Shown here: in pieces, positions 25,565 through 37,150 of the stretch
How positions within the stretch are numbered: the first letter of the stretch is position 1
How the letters are laid out: every line of letters starts with the position of its first letter
Assembly (NCBI RefSeq): GCF_002105155.1
Contig: NW_019029021.1
Coordinates: forward strand, 62,001-126,000
DNA from: Lobosporangium transversale
Lineage: Eukaryota
DNA: 64,000 bases
Direction: 5' to 3'
Program-made: the position numbers and the translations under genes
The notes under the pieces: model-generated
The model's input: only the letters and a program-made list of their open reading frames with translations
The model's database searches: none
What the model was told of the DNA's origin: nothing

Positions 25565-27984
25565 AACCATTATGTCTGATGTAAGCTGTACGGAAATATT
25601 GATAAGAGGCACGCAAGTAGAGACCAAATAACAGAATAATAACAACTAGCGAAAAAAAAAAAAAAAAGACACCGAATCCAGGGAACCAATACGACATAAG
25701 CGCACTGTGCAATGAGACCGCATGAGTACCATGGTACTAAAATCTGGGAGCTTGCCAAGAGTTTAATTAAGCCTTGAATGCATTGTTGTGATACTATCCC
25801 TTAAACCGTCAACCTGGCAAATTTGCCATTATAAATGGACTTAAAATCCAGCAATTCATGGGCATTGCCTTGAAATTTTATTTCGATGTCGAAATAAATG
25901 ACCGAAAACTAAACTGTCATGGAGCTATCCTGGCTTCTTTATCTGTGCCAATAAAAAACTCCTGAAGGCTTTCGCATGACACTAGCATCCTCTTGGGGGC
26001 CCATTGTGTTGTTTATTTATTGACTGGTGTAATAGCAGTGATAATATTCGCCATAGTATCGACTTGAAAGGAGGGCAATCTGAGTTGATTCATTCTACCG
26101 CACCTTAGAGCTTGCTCGGCAAGACTTGATTTGTCACATCATTTGCTTCCTCGTCTTCTTGATATATCTGGGTTGGTAAACACTGCTAATAGAGTTTGTT
26201 AGGCCTGTTGAAACCAGAGGGAACCACAGCAACATATCATACCCAAGATGATACAAATATCTCTGTTGGAGTGAGTGGTGAACTGTGTGTGGTTCAGATG
26301 TAGTGGACATAAACGGCGAAAGAATGCATCGAAAAGATGTGAGCGATTATGAGAGCAAGGAAGAAGGGGTTGGTATGCCTGTTCAAGTCCTTGGCAAGAG
26401 AGCATGAGTAGCAGTTGTGATCAAAAGTTGATTTCGGTGAGTCCGCATAACAATGGTATAGTTTCTAGACTCTATCTTCCACGTACAGCATTGCACTATT
26501 GGTGTTTTCAGACCTGGCACCAATCATGCGAGCGAGGTATTTCTTTTCCTGAGGATTCCTTGTGTTAAACGGCCAGACAGAAAGCTTAGAAGAGTTACAG
26601 ACACAACGGTGAAAAAAATATATGTGAGCAAACAGTTGCTGTGTTTATTTGTTGTCTGCACATGCCTTCTTTCATCGCGGGCTTTTTTTTTTTTTAATTG
26701 TTTCGCAAATCTTGTTTCCTTTTTTGTTCGTCAATCACTGTGTGCACGAATAAGCAGCTGAAGCATCTCTTTGGTTTCTGTACATGTGTAGACACATTTT
26801 ACATCGCGGCGTCTTATTTATTTTCTGCACCAAAACACAAAACACAAGCGTTTTCCATTGGTGCCTCCAGAAGAAATAAACAAACTTTATTTTGGCGGCC
26901 ACTCCACAATCATGCCATGGTTATAACAATCCCTAGGAAAGGATGAAACGCGTCGGTATTAATCTCGCTTCTGTAATTCTAAATGCATATATTTTGGTGA
27001 TTGGTATCAACTATCAAGTTCGCACATACACACACCAAACGACCGCCAAAAACCACCACTCTCGCTTCTGCTCTCCCTCCATCCACAAGGCGCTGCGTAA
27101 TATCACCATTAACAAGGCACCGTCCAGTAAGAAAGGGTGCTTAGCTAGCTTTTACTCCAAGCAATAAGCACATCACCTATCTCCGCCATTGATGCCGGAA
27201 CCTGAGAGCCAACGAATATCTCTGCTTTAACGCAATAGTATTGGGGCTGTTGGAGCAAAGAACGACATCTGAACCCATTCTCTGATAAAAAAGACTTTTT
27301 TTTTCTTTAGTTGTTACCTTTGAAAGGATATAATCACCAAGTCATATCTGTTAATGCATTTATTACCCCTGTTCAAAATTATAAATCTTCTTTTATTCAT
27401 TAAATTCCTCACAAAGCACAAAACGAGAGCCAGTGCAAACAAAAGAAACTGAAAAAAAAAAAAAAAAAAATTGTGTAAAAAGGATCGACATCGACACTGT
27501 ATGCTGTATATGGAGATGATTTTTTCGAATGCTCACTTTGGTATCTCAATGTTATTATTTCCAATCTGCCGTTCATGCGAGAGCTTGTATTTATTTGTCA
27601 ATCTCTGCTATTGACTGGGACAAAACCCCAATCCAAACAAAGGAACTGAATAAAGATTGATGTGGCCTGTGAAGCAAAGGATCGATATCAAAACTATATG
27701 AGACAATGATAAAACTCATCATCAATCCAGGATATAAAAAGGGATCATTGTCTTCCTCCTTCAAAGTCCCATCCCTTTTACCACTGCCACTTGTTCCTGT
27801 ATCTTTCCCTCAATATTCTTTATCTATTCGCTTTGAATCTTTACACCATAAAAAAGCTCATCCTTTTATACCTTTGTCGCTCTTTTTTTTTTTTTTTTTT
27901 TTTTTTCTTTTTCATTTCTTTTTCATTTCTTTTCATCACCACCATTTTTCCTTTTTTCTTTCTCTTTTCGCTTAGATATTGACC

Positions 27985-30900
27985 ATGGGGCTGAAGTCCT
28001 TCTTCAAACTGGTTGCGGATCGCGGGGTTTTACCTTCGGAAACTGACGTGGGCACTTTCTTGGCGGCAAATCCTGACCATTCTGTTCATTTAGATCTCCT
28101 CGGTACGTTCTATTACGACATCCTCCGCAGAGTCGTCCATGCAAAGATGAAAAACGAAACCATCATTGATGTAGGAAGGTCCCTGGCACTCGAGATAAAG
28201 GATCTTTTCACAACGGACAACCTGACTATACATATTGATGGGGAACCTTGTACTGAGAAAGAAAAAGCAAGGACAGAACGGCAAGCCATAAGACAAAAAA
28301 ATATGGACGCTTTGGAGAACAATATGAGCACCTTCGAGAGAAATTCTCGGAGTGGGGTATGGACTCGTCCTCAAGTCATGAGGCGCATCCAGAAGGGTCT
28401 TCGAGAAGTCCACACCCTGAGCGTCCAGGACAAGGATCAGCTGGCAACAGGCCTTAGTTCTGTCTTCGATGTCTGTCTGTGTGCATATGAAGCGGACCCA
28501 TGCATAGGGTGCCATGATGAGGAGAATGATAGGATCGTGATATCCCAAGACTCTAATTTTTTTGCGTACGAACGAGTCTGCTTCCTAGTGCGACCCCTTC
28601 CGCACCGTAGACGGAAGTTTGGGGTTTACGACGTAGACAACGTTATCCAAGCACTAAGACTGCCAACACACGCGCATCTGGTGTTATTCTGTGCCATCGC
28701 AGGCAATGACTACTCAAGGAACCTCGAGACGTTAGGCCCGGTTAATAATCTTCGATTAGTTCGAAAGATTGCGTGGAACAAGAACTACAATAAAATGCCT
28801 CAAGATTACCTCGGGGAAGCTAATAAGGTGTTGGGAAGGAACGTAGCTTCTGAGGAAGGCCGTTTCAGTGTAGCTCTCCGCATTTTTACTTCCGGCCATC
28901 AAACGTCGGCCCAAGCGTTACCATCGAACAATGAGTTCGATAACTTCAAGCAGCGTCTACTCAATGAAAAGGATCTTCGCCATAGAATGGCTCAGCAAAG
29001 GCGAGCGCAGCGCCGCAGAACGTAAGAAAGCTCAAGCTATAGTTTTTGGCCTTGAAACCAGACGTCCCCAATACTAATCGTTAGTCCCTTTCTTGAATAA
29101 TGTAGAGGCGTACCATCATTCTATATAGCGGAAGGGTCACATAGAAACCAGTTCCGGCCCATCTTTTCTGACAAGCCGAGCATATTGAATGGGCGCACAG
29201 TTGATATCAGTAACTGTCGTCAGCACGATAGGCCGGGCCTTAAGCATCCACCACGTCGGAAAAAGGCAAAAAAGAAGCAACAGAAAAAACAAAAGCGGAA
29301 GCACAAAGGCAAGAAGCCCCACAGGGCTAAAAAAGAAGGTGCACCAATTAGGAACTTGAAGGATGCTACGAAGGTTGATCACAGCTACAGCAGTAAGCAC
29401 CCTATCAAGGCCTTAACAATTGGGTCCCTTAAGGCCTCCATGGCAAGGAAAGGCGGACTGGACGCAGATGAAAGGGATAGTATTGCAAGCCAGATCCGAG
29501 GGGCAGTTGTTGTCCTCAACCGACTACGCCGCTATGCATACTGGGCGATTGCCTTGGACATTGAGAGGATCATGCGGTTACCAGGGGCAGCAAAGTCGAG
29601 GAAAAAGGCACTGGACGAGGTCTTGGATAGCAATGATTATTCCTTCCGTCTCGCCACCCTTCTTTTGAGTGGTCAAGGTGGCCCCAATTCAGCTTACGCG
29701 AGGGCAAAAAAACAAGGAAAGGCGGTAGAAACGCCCCATTATCTCCTCGCTTATGAACATTTCAAGGCCACCACTGAACTTTCCCCAATAAAGGAAATAG
29801 ACATCACATTGGGGGACGTCCAAGGCTTTGATCCCAAAAAGATCACATTTCCAAGAGCGTCAGACTTACTAATGGGCCAAGTACAGACATCATTAAGGCA
29901 GCACTACAGGAACGCAATGGTATAGCTTGTGTAGGGGTATTTTCATGCATATTCTGCAATCGAATGCTCTTTATTCAGACTCTTTTTTTATTTTTTTTCT
30001 AGTTTGATGTCGAGAAAACAAACGAAGATATGAGCGACATTGAGTTTTTTTTGCGGGAGAACAAAAAAGTGAAAAAATACTCAGACTTTCCTACGTCTCC
30101 CTGGCCACCCGGGTATGTGTATCTGTCTGAACACGCCTTAGTTGACATCCTCTGGGCGAACGAAGATACCAAGCAGCTGCTGGAGCATATTCTGCCTCTC
30201 AATAATCCTTCCAAGACTGCAATGTATGAGTGTGTACAGGGAACAAAAGGGGTTTTGATACAGGCTCTCTTTTGTGACATTGGAGGTGATCGCATGGTTC
30301 GTGGATATCAAGACAAAGTATCCCTGCAGTCACAGGACAAAGATCTAACTCGGTTCAAACTCAAAGGAACGATTTCTACCAACGGTCTAGTTCTGAATCT
30401 ACTTGCCTATGACACAACCCAGACGAAGAGACAGCAGCAGTCTGACGTAGATGAAGAAGACCCCAGCCAAGGACTGGAGCTTTCTCAGGGATTTCTCAAC
30501 ACGACGTGTTCAAAGGCGGCCGGTGAAGACCTAACAGATGAAGACTATGCAAACATAAACTGGAAGAGGAGCTCCAAGCTGCTTGAAAACGTTGAGCTCA
30601 CATTCAACAAACCAGGGCGATGCCCATCCGCAAACACCACAACTATCGTCGGATGTGATCCTGGTATTGTTAACGCCCTTACGTTTTCCTCGCTGGACCC
30701 TCACAACCCTAACTTGCGGCAAACGGTAAAGGTGAGAAGCAGGTTCTTGTACCTCCCTGTCCTCCGCTTCAATCACCTGTTGAACAAAAGGAAGCGTGAA
30801 AAAGGAATGATTGAGGTTGAGAGCGCCATCCCTGTGTTTGGAAGGGATACGTATAATGAGTACTTTCAATGGATGAACGAGGAGTCTCAGACACAGACAG

Positions 30901-31479
30901 GATCAACGAATTTGGATGTGCTTCAAGAGTTCTACGAGTCCAGATGGCACCTGAAAAAAAAATGGGACCTACGAAAGGCTCAACGAGCTACGTTCGACTA
31001 CGCGGTACAGCGAGTGTTGAAGATGCTTGGGGATAAAGGAGTACTTGTCGTCGGCCTAGGGTCCTTTGAAAGTAGTAAAGGAGTTCCCAGCAAGCCACTG
31101 CTATAACGAGACATCTTGTCACACAGGTATGGCTGTTTTTAAAAAATTAAGCAAAGCTGGAAAGCCATAAAACCCTTGCTAATAAACGACTGCCATTTGA
31201 AACGCTTAGGTCAAAGCACGCGGACACTTCGCTGTAGGAGCGCACGAATTTTACACCAGCGCCCGCTGTCCCCGACCCCTCTGCGATAGCTTTTTAGAGA
31301 CGGTGTACCCTCGCTCTAAATATTGCCGGACATGTAAGGTATTCTTCGACTGTGACGCAGTAGGGGCGGAAAACATCGCAAGAATCGGTCTTGCTCAAAT
31401 TGAGAGGCAAGAGAGGCCTGCAAAGTACAAGCCCACGGAAGAGTCGCCTGCTCCGGCTGCAAAGCGCGCACGACGCTAG
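27985..31479 (+). CDS. XPG/FEN1(PIN)-nuclease fused to a Fanzor/TnpB-like RuvC, 4 exons, about 1080 aa, one 1-nt frameshift
   Basis: Exons 27985-29021, 29106-29919, 30003-31126, 31210-31479 with GT-AG introns. XPG motifs MGLK, HLDL, IDG..K..R, EAD, SQDSN, GNDY..LG. RuvC motifs VGCDPG, HEFYTS, CPRPLC..CRTC, DCDAVGAENI. Frameshift at about 31095. Confidence 0.85.
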
Positions 31480-31525
31480 ACACAAGTATTTGGGTGCCGG
31501 CACACCCACAAAAAATTTGTAAGTT
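31480..31525 (+). ncRNA. Hairpin just 3' of the Fanzor-like stop; candidate omegaRNA scaffold part
   Basis: TGGGTG (31491-96) pairs with CACCCA (31503-08) and ACAA (31482-85) with TTGT (31517-20). Position matches where TnpB/Fanzor guide RNAs lie; no expression evidence. Confidence 0.3.
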
Positions 31526-32569
31526 CTGTTTATTTTCGTCTCCTGTATCCATCCTCTCTAATCTTTTGCCCCTGAATTTCTGGACTAACTTTAAAAACCG
31601 TACAGATCAACAGATAAGGTAATTTGGCCTTTTACCATTCTAGGGTCCTTAAGTATCTTCTAAAACCAGCTGGACCCTCTTGTTTGCTTTCAAGAAGATC
31701 TGTCGCAACCTGCTTGCCTGAACTCCTGCCAGAGCAATTATACCTCAAATTACTACGTATTTCCTGTCCCAAATAAGCAAACTTTATTACCGCCTTTAAA
31801 AAAACATTGATTGAATTGATGATTTGTTACGACACAAAATGGTGACCAACTTCTCCTCGGGCCTATCTGATCCGCTTCAAATGGATCTCGTAGCTTTCAA
31901 GAGAGCTGGGACAAAATGAATTCGCTTTCAAGCTTAAGGGGACATTTCGAGAGTCAAACAAAGCTGTCGCTGCTCTCTCTATAGTTAATATATTGCCTTT
32001 GAAAAAACAAGATAAAGAACAGGTAGCCTCAACTTTAGCACAGCCTGGTCTACTTAAAGCCAATTAAATTGCCTAAGGTTAGGCTTGAATGGCGGCCGAT
32101 GTGCTCATGACAGGCAGAGGCCCTTTTTTTAATTGTTTTGTATTGGTTATTTGGTGGTGATGGAATGATGCTTGTTTATAAAAAAAAATTGAAAATACGT
32201 TACCATTATATCATAAGCAGAAACAAAAACGGTGGTCATGGATACATACAACTGATTCTCTGAAACGCCATGAGGATGCTCTTTTTTCTCTTCGTCTCTT
32301 TAATTGTGTTGCCCTCCGTCTTTTGAATATCCAACCAAAGCGCATAACTGTTTGTTTACAATGCAATCACATCCAATGGCAGTCACCTTATTTCAAATAT
32401 AATGCTAGACTTGTTAGATAAATACAAAACCGGCCATTGTCTATTAGTTATTTATGATCTAAAAGTTGTCTTATTAAAACATCTATACTTGCACTCGAGC
32501 TTTTTGACCCTTGTTCTGGCTCTGTTCGGTCCAACTGATGTATCAATGCGTTCACCTCCGAAGCGCTAC

Positions 32570-34160
32570 TCATGTATAGCTTTTCGCTCTGCTTCATCAT
32601 TGGACTATCCTTCTGACTCTCTTCCTCTATAGCCTCTTTTTGCTTCTCCTGCTCTTCTTTTCCCTGGCTCGTTCATCTGCTTCCTGCTTCTCCTGGGCAA
32701 GCGTCTCATCCATGCCTGAAGATATCACCTTCAAAAACATCATCATTGTAGCCTTGGTCTGGACGCTCAATTGGTTGACACTCCAGAATGGGTTGGGACT
32801 GTGGTAGTACTAGTGGTAGTGAAGATGCTGGTATGAAGTCTGATGCTGATGTGGATCTGACACCTTGCGATGGTATAACCTCCGCTGTTGATGTAGTCAG
32901 TGACAAAAGATGTGAAGGGTCTGAGATATCGGGTGAATTGACGAAACCCTTACATCAAACATAAAGCCGCAGTTTTGAGTGATCCTCTTCTTTCACCATA
33001 TCCTGATTATGCTTTGTTTCTGCGGCTGTGGATCAGTAGTGGTAATAGCTGAGGTCTTGAAAGCTCCTCTATCCGCTCATTTTGAGGGACTCGCAGCCGT
33101 TGTCGACACTTGCGCTGATTGGAGATAACCGGAATGGATTGGTTGTTGCGGTGGAGTATGGTACTGAAGAGGGTTGTAATATATGGCTCCATATTCCGGG
33201 GAATCTGTTTCAGCTCCGGAAGGCCATAATGCTGCTCCTTTATGAAATGATGAACCTACTCTGGTCTGGAGTGGAGTACTGCTTTATGGAGTTGTAAGTT
33301 GTAGGCGCAATCGACTCATCCCAGACTTGATCCCATGCTACTGCTTCTTCCTGCTATCTTTATGAAGAAAAGCACCATATCAAGATCTATCATGACTTGT
33401 TCCTGCTGTGATGATGCCCTCTTCATCTCAACCCATGATCCTGAATGTTGCTATTCGCTTGCGATTGCCATTGCGATTGCGATGTAATAATTGAAAAGCT
33501 CTCGTGCCCGTGTCCCTGCTTCTGCAGATGACTGTGAGGTCTGTTTGTGATATAACAAAGTAGTAGCTACGATTGTGATGCCTCTGTTCTAAATGATCTT
33601 CCAATCGACTTTATTCAGATCACCACGATCTGTGTTCAATTGGAATGACTCTGAGAAATCCCGATGGGTCTAGTCCATCATGTCTATCTTGATTCGAACG
33701 AGGCCTCGCGAGCGTAATATTCTTGACGCTGCATCAAGTATTCGGAAATATCAACTCCATGGGTACCAGAATAGGAGTAGAGAAGGATGTTGTGTTGAGC
33801 GTGCCACTGTTAAAGATCGTGAACTCATCTTGGGCTTGAGAGATAGAAGGGATACTGTTACCCTTGAGGCAAAATGACTACTGTTTTTGGCAAGCGAAGA
33901 AGAAGAAGATGATGATGATGATGATGATGATGGGAAAAGATGACTATTATAGTTCCCGAGAGGTTGATTGGCAAAAGAAGGATGGTATTTTCTGATGGTA
34001 TTGTGTCTGATACTGAGGCTGTTGAGTTGTGCGTCTATTTGCTGCCCCATAAACTCTTGTTCGTAAAGTGGTCAATGCCTGGAAAGGATTTGGCAGAAGA
34101 GACGAGAAGAGGAAGAGCCACTGGACCTTACCACTTGATTCGAAGAGTAGGCTTGTCATT
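32570..34160 (-). pseudogene. Decayed or frameshifted low-complexity Ser/Gln-rich gene
   Basis: Chain of short coding-like minus-strand ORFs (33947-34339, 33751-34050, 33007-33192, 32706-32906) broken by stops and frame changes. Confidence 0.45.
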
Positions 34161-34630
34161 TCGGAGAAAAAAAAAGAAGTTTGTGTAATGGTAATGCTGC
34201 AGAAGGAAGGCAACAAGAAGTCTAAAAGACCGACGGAATGACGGAGGGGGAACTTGTTATAAAAGAAAGAAAAGGAAAAAGGGAAAAAGGGAGTGATGAG
34301 TAGAGAAAGGAGGAAAAAGAGATGAAAAGACATTTGCATGAGAACCAGTGTTGAATTGTGGGGTGTGTGTTTTTGTGGATGAGTAATTCGATTCAGGTCG
34401 GACTCACACCCGTTGAGGTAGGGTGTCTATTTGTCAAATTTTAATTTCAGTTACCGGAGCACGGCGAAGTGAATTCCGATCAAATCCACACATGTGAGAA
34501 CAATTTTTGTTCTTTATTTTATTAATTTTATTAGAGTCTGAATGAAAGGGATAAGGGTCTATGCTGAAAAAAAAAAAAAAAAAAAAAATTGATTAAAATG
34601 TTTATGTTTATTAACTATTAATACATTTAT

Positions 34631-35455
34631 TTACTTGGAAACAATCTTGTGGATGCAAGCATTCTTGCCCTTGAAGACGCCATCCTCTGCATGGATATCA
34701 CGGTGTCTGTAACCTAGGGTGATTGTGGGGCTTGAAATTCTCAGGGTCAAACAGAGCGGGGTTTCCTCCTTTCTTCACATACAGCTTGAAACATCCTCAC
34801 GGAAACGGGTCAAGTCACGGTAGTTCTTGAGAATGATCTGGAGAGACTGTTGGAAGACACCATCCGCCTTCGTCACCATCTGGACACGACCCAAGCACTC
34901 GGTTCGAACCTGGAGCGCTGAAGACGGTTCTTGTGTGAGGCAAGGGCGTTGATCTCTTCAATGGTCACACCAGCAGGGTGAAGGATCTGATCATACTCCG
35001 TGGGCAAGATTACAGTGATATGTGACTCTCCACGGGAGATCAAGGTTCCGTTACCAAAGTCCTTAGTAGTGTTGACAAGATCAAAGACAGGTTTGACATA
35101 CTTGAAATCTACATTCAATCCAACCCAATTGGCGAACAAGCCAGTGCCCTGTTGAAACCATATTCAAATTGAAAGTTGTGCATTGAAGAAAGCAGTATAT
35201 CAAGTGATGGTGTTAGTGTTGAGTAGAGTGAAACACCGTTATGTATTTTTATTTTCTCCTCCGAGCATTCAAGGCCTCCAGTATTGAACGTACACTATGA
35301 GGGATGAAAGGGACCTTCGAGGTTTGGAAGACTTTCTTGTTGATGACAATGGGCTTGCTGTGGTACTTCTTATTGCCATCAACAGTCTTGGGACCTGCCA
35401 TGACAGTCGAGGCAACTAGAGCCAAAGTGGCGAACAAAAAAGTGGCAACACGCAT
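34631..35455 (-). CDS. Secreted 2H-phosphoesterase-fold protein, 2 exons, apparently frameshifted
   Basis: Signal peptide MRVATFLFATLALVASTVMA and intron 35293-35149. First motif ESHITVI; second FKPH-ITLG appears after about 3 single-base frame corrections, ending ...GVFKGKNACIHKIVSK* at 34631. Confidence 0.75.
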
Positions 35456-37009
35456 TGGTTATGAAAAAATGAGGAGAGGATATGTGTCTGTTGGATGGAA
35501 AAAAGGTGAAGGAAGTGAGGTAGATGGATAATCGAGGAAACAGAATCCACTTTTTGGGCGCGGGAGAATTCCTTTTAAATGTTTTCCTTCGATCGAAAGA
35601 GTATTTTTTTTGCTTCTAAAATAAAATGTGCTTTCCTTTCCAGTAAGCACAGAGGACAGATTGCCAAAGGGACAAGAGCAACAATCCATTGGCCATTGAG
35701 AGCATCAATAGTCTGTGTTGTAGTAGGTTTCTGGGAACGTGGACTATGGATTGGATGGACAGGGGCCCAAGAGATAATAAATGAAGGGAACACAAACAGC
35801 AACAGAGCCAATAAAATTTAATACACTGGTTAGATGTCATAAACGTCATTTATGGTTCGCTCAACGATAAAAAACTGAAGAACTATCAAAAATCTGGATT
35901 GAATATGTAATTAATGCTCTATCACAGCGCTTTACAGTCGCCCAGTAGTCAACCCATATTCTCCCTCAAGCGCCACACGATTAGTGCTATAACTCATTAT
36001 TGTGTCTCATGTTGAAGGCACATTGTTACAGGAAAGGAATTGCTCATACCCTCCTTCCATAACTGTCAACCGCTCTGTCCGCGGTGAGTGGGACAAACAA
36101 AGGTCTGTAACCAGCGCGCGCTGTACAAGATAAAGGATTCCATTCGTTGACCAGACTAATGGTGTTATGCCTCGGTAGTGATCATTGAAGTTCTATATCA
36201 GATCAAGAGTATGATTGAGCTTGCCTGCGTACAAAATAGCATATGCGCCGCTAATGGTTAAGAGTCCTTGAAAACACATGTCTCGATCCAAGTGGATCCA
36301 TGTCATATGCACTTCTTTCTGGTCTTTGCTGTGTTCCCAGCAACGGTTATCTAGCATTTATAACATTGAGCATTGGTGGCGTCATCTCTCTGTAGCGCTC
36401 CTTGAGAACTGCAGAAAGAACGCACACCTTCTCTCTGGCAACCAACCACATTTAAAGCTTCCATCCATGACCCTGTAAAAAAAGCGTTATGAGCATTCGG
36501 ATTCATCACTCCATATACGAATGAATACTAGTGGCGTTGGATTATGGCTATGGTGGACTTTCGAATCCAAGCAGTGATACAAACCCCAATAAATCGAGTA
36601 GCGCCGGTTAACCGAGCAGTATCCGAGGATTTTCGAGCAGCAACGAGAATAGTCCATTAGGAGTATGAGGTGATCTGTTGGACCATCTGAATCTCAATCC
36701 GTAAATACACTATATATTAATACGAAGCTAAACTTTATGTCCAATACTGCTGCGGCTGGTCAACTCACGATGCAGATAAATAGCCACATCTCACATCTTT
36801 CGGTCAGAATGCCGTGAATTTGACACAAACGCTACAGATCTATCAAAGCACGCTGCTCTGCCCATGTCAAGCCAGCATCACATTCACCTTTGCCAGACCA
36901 TTTCTTTTTAAAAAGTGGATTAACTTCTGAAGAGATTTGTTTGGCCGATTGAATTGACCTAAGGCTCGGAAGTCCACCTAGGGGTGTATAGTCTTTTTGA
37001 ATTAAAACA

Positions 37010-37150
37010 ATCAAAATATGCGTTTTGAGTTCCAATGGTATTCAATAGTACGAGTTTGTTTAAAGTTTCTGGGCGACTCCCATGTAGCCTCGCGTTTATT
37101 AAAGCCCCCCCATTGCACATGATATTCTATTTCATTCTTCCCCTGGTGTT
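37010..37150 (-). mobile_element. Chromodomain relic, probably from a transposon
   Basis: Manual translation HQGKNEIEYHVQWGGFNKREATWESPRNFKQTRTIEYHWNSK matches the chromodomain pattern Y.V.W.G....TWE...NF; flanked by stops. Confidence 0.6.

Noticed and set aside
25700..26640. Possible decayed minus-strand gene or transposase upstream of the Fanzor-like gene
   Set aside because: All frames are interrupted and I found no convincing DDE, tyrosine recombinase or HUH motif.
27979..31106. Treating the ORFs at 27979, 29185 and 30030 as three separate genes
   Set aside because: Each gap has GT-AG ends of intron size (83-84 nt) that preserve frame, so one spliced gene is more parsimonious.
36270..36340. 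Minus-strand IHLDRDM, resembling RuvC-III
   Set aside because: Too short, with no in-frame zinc finger or following A..NI.
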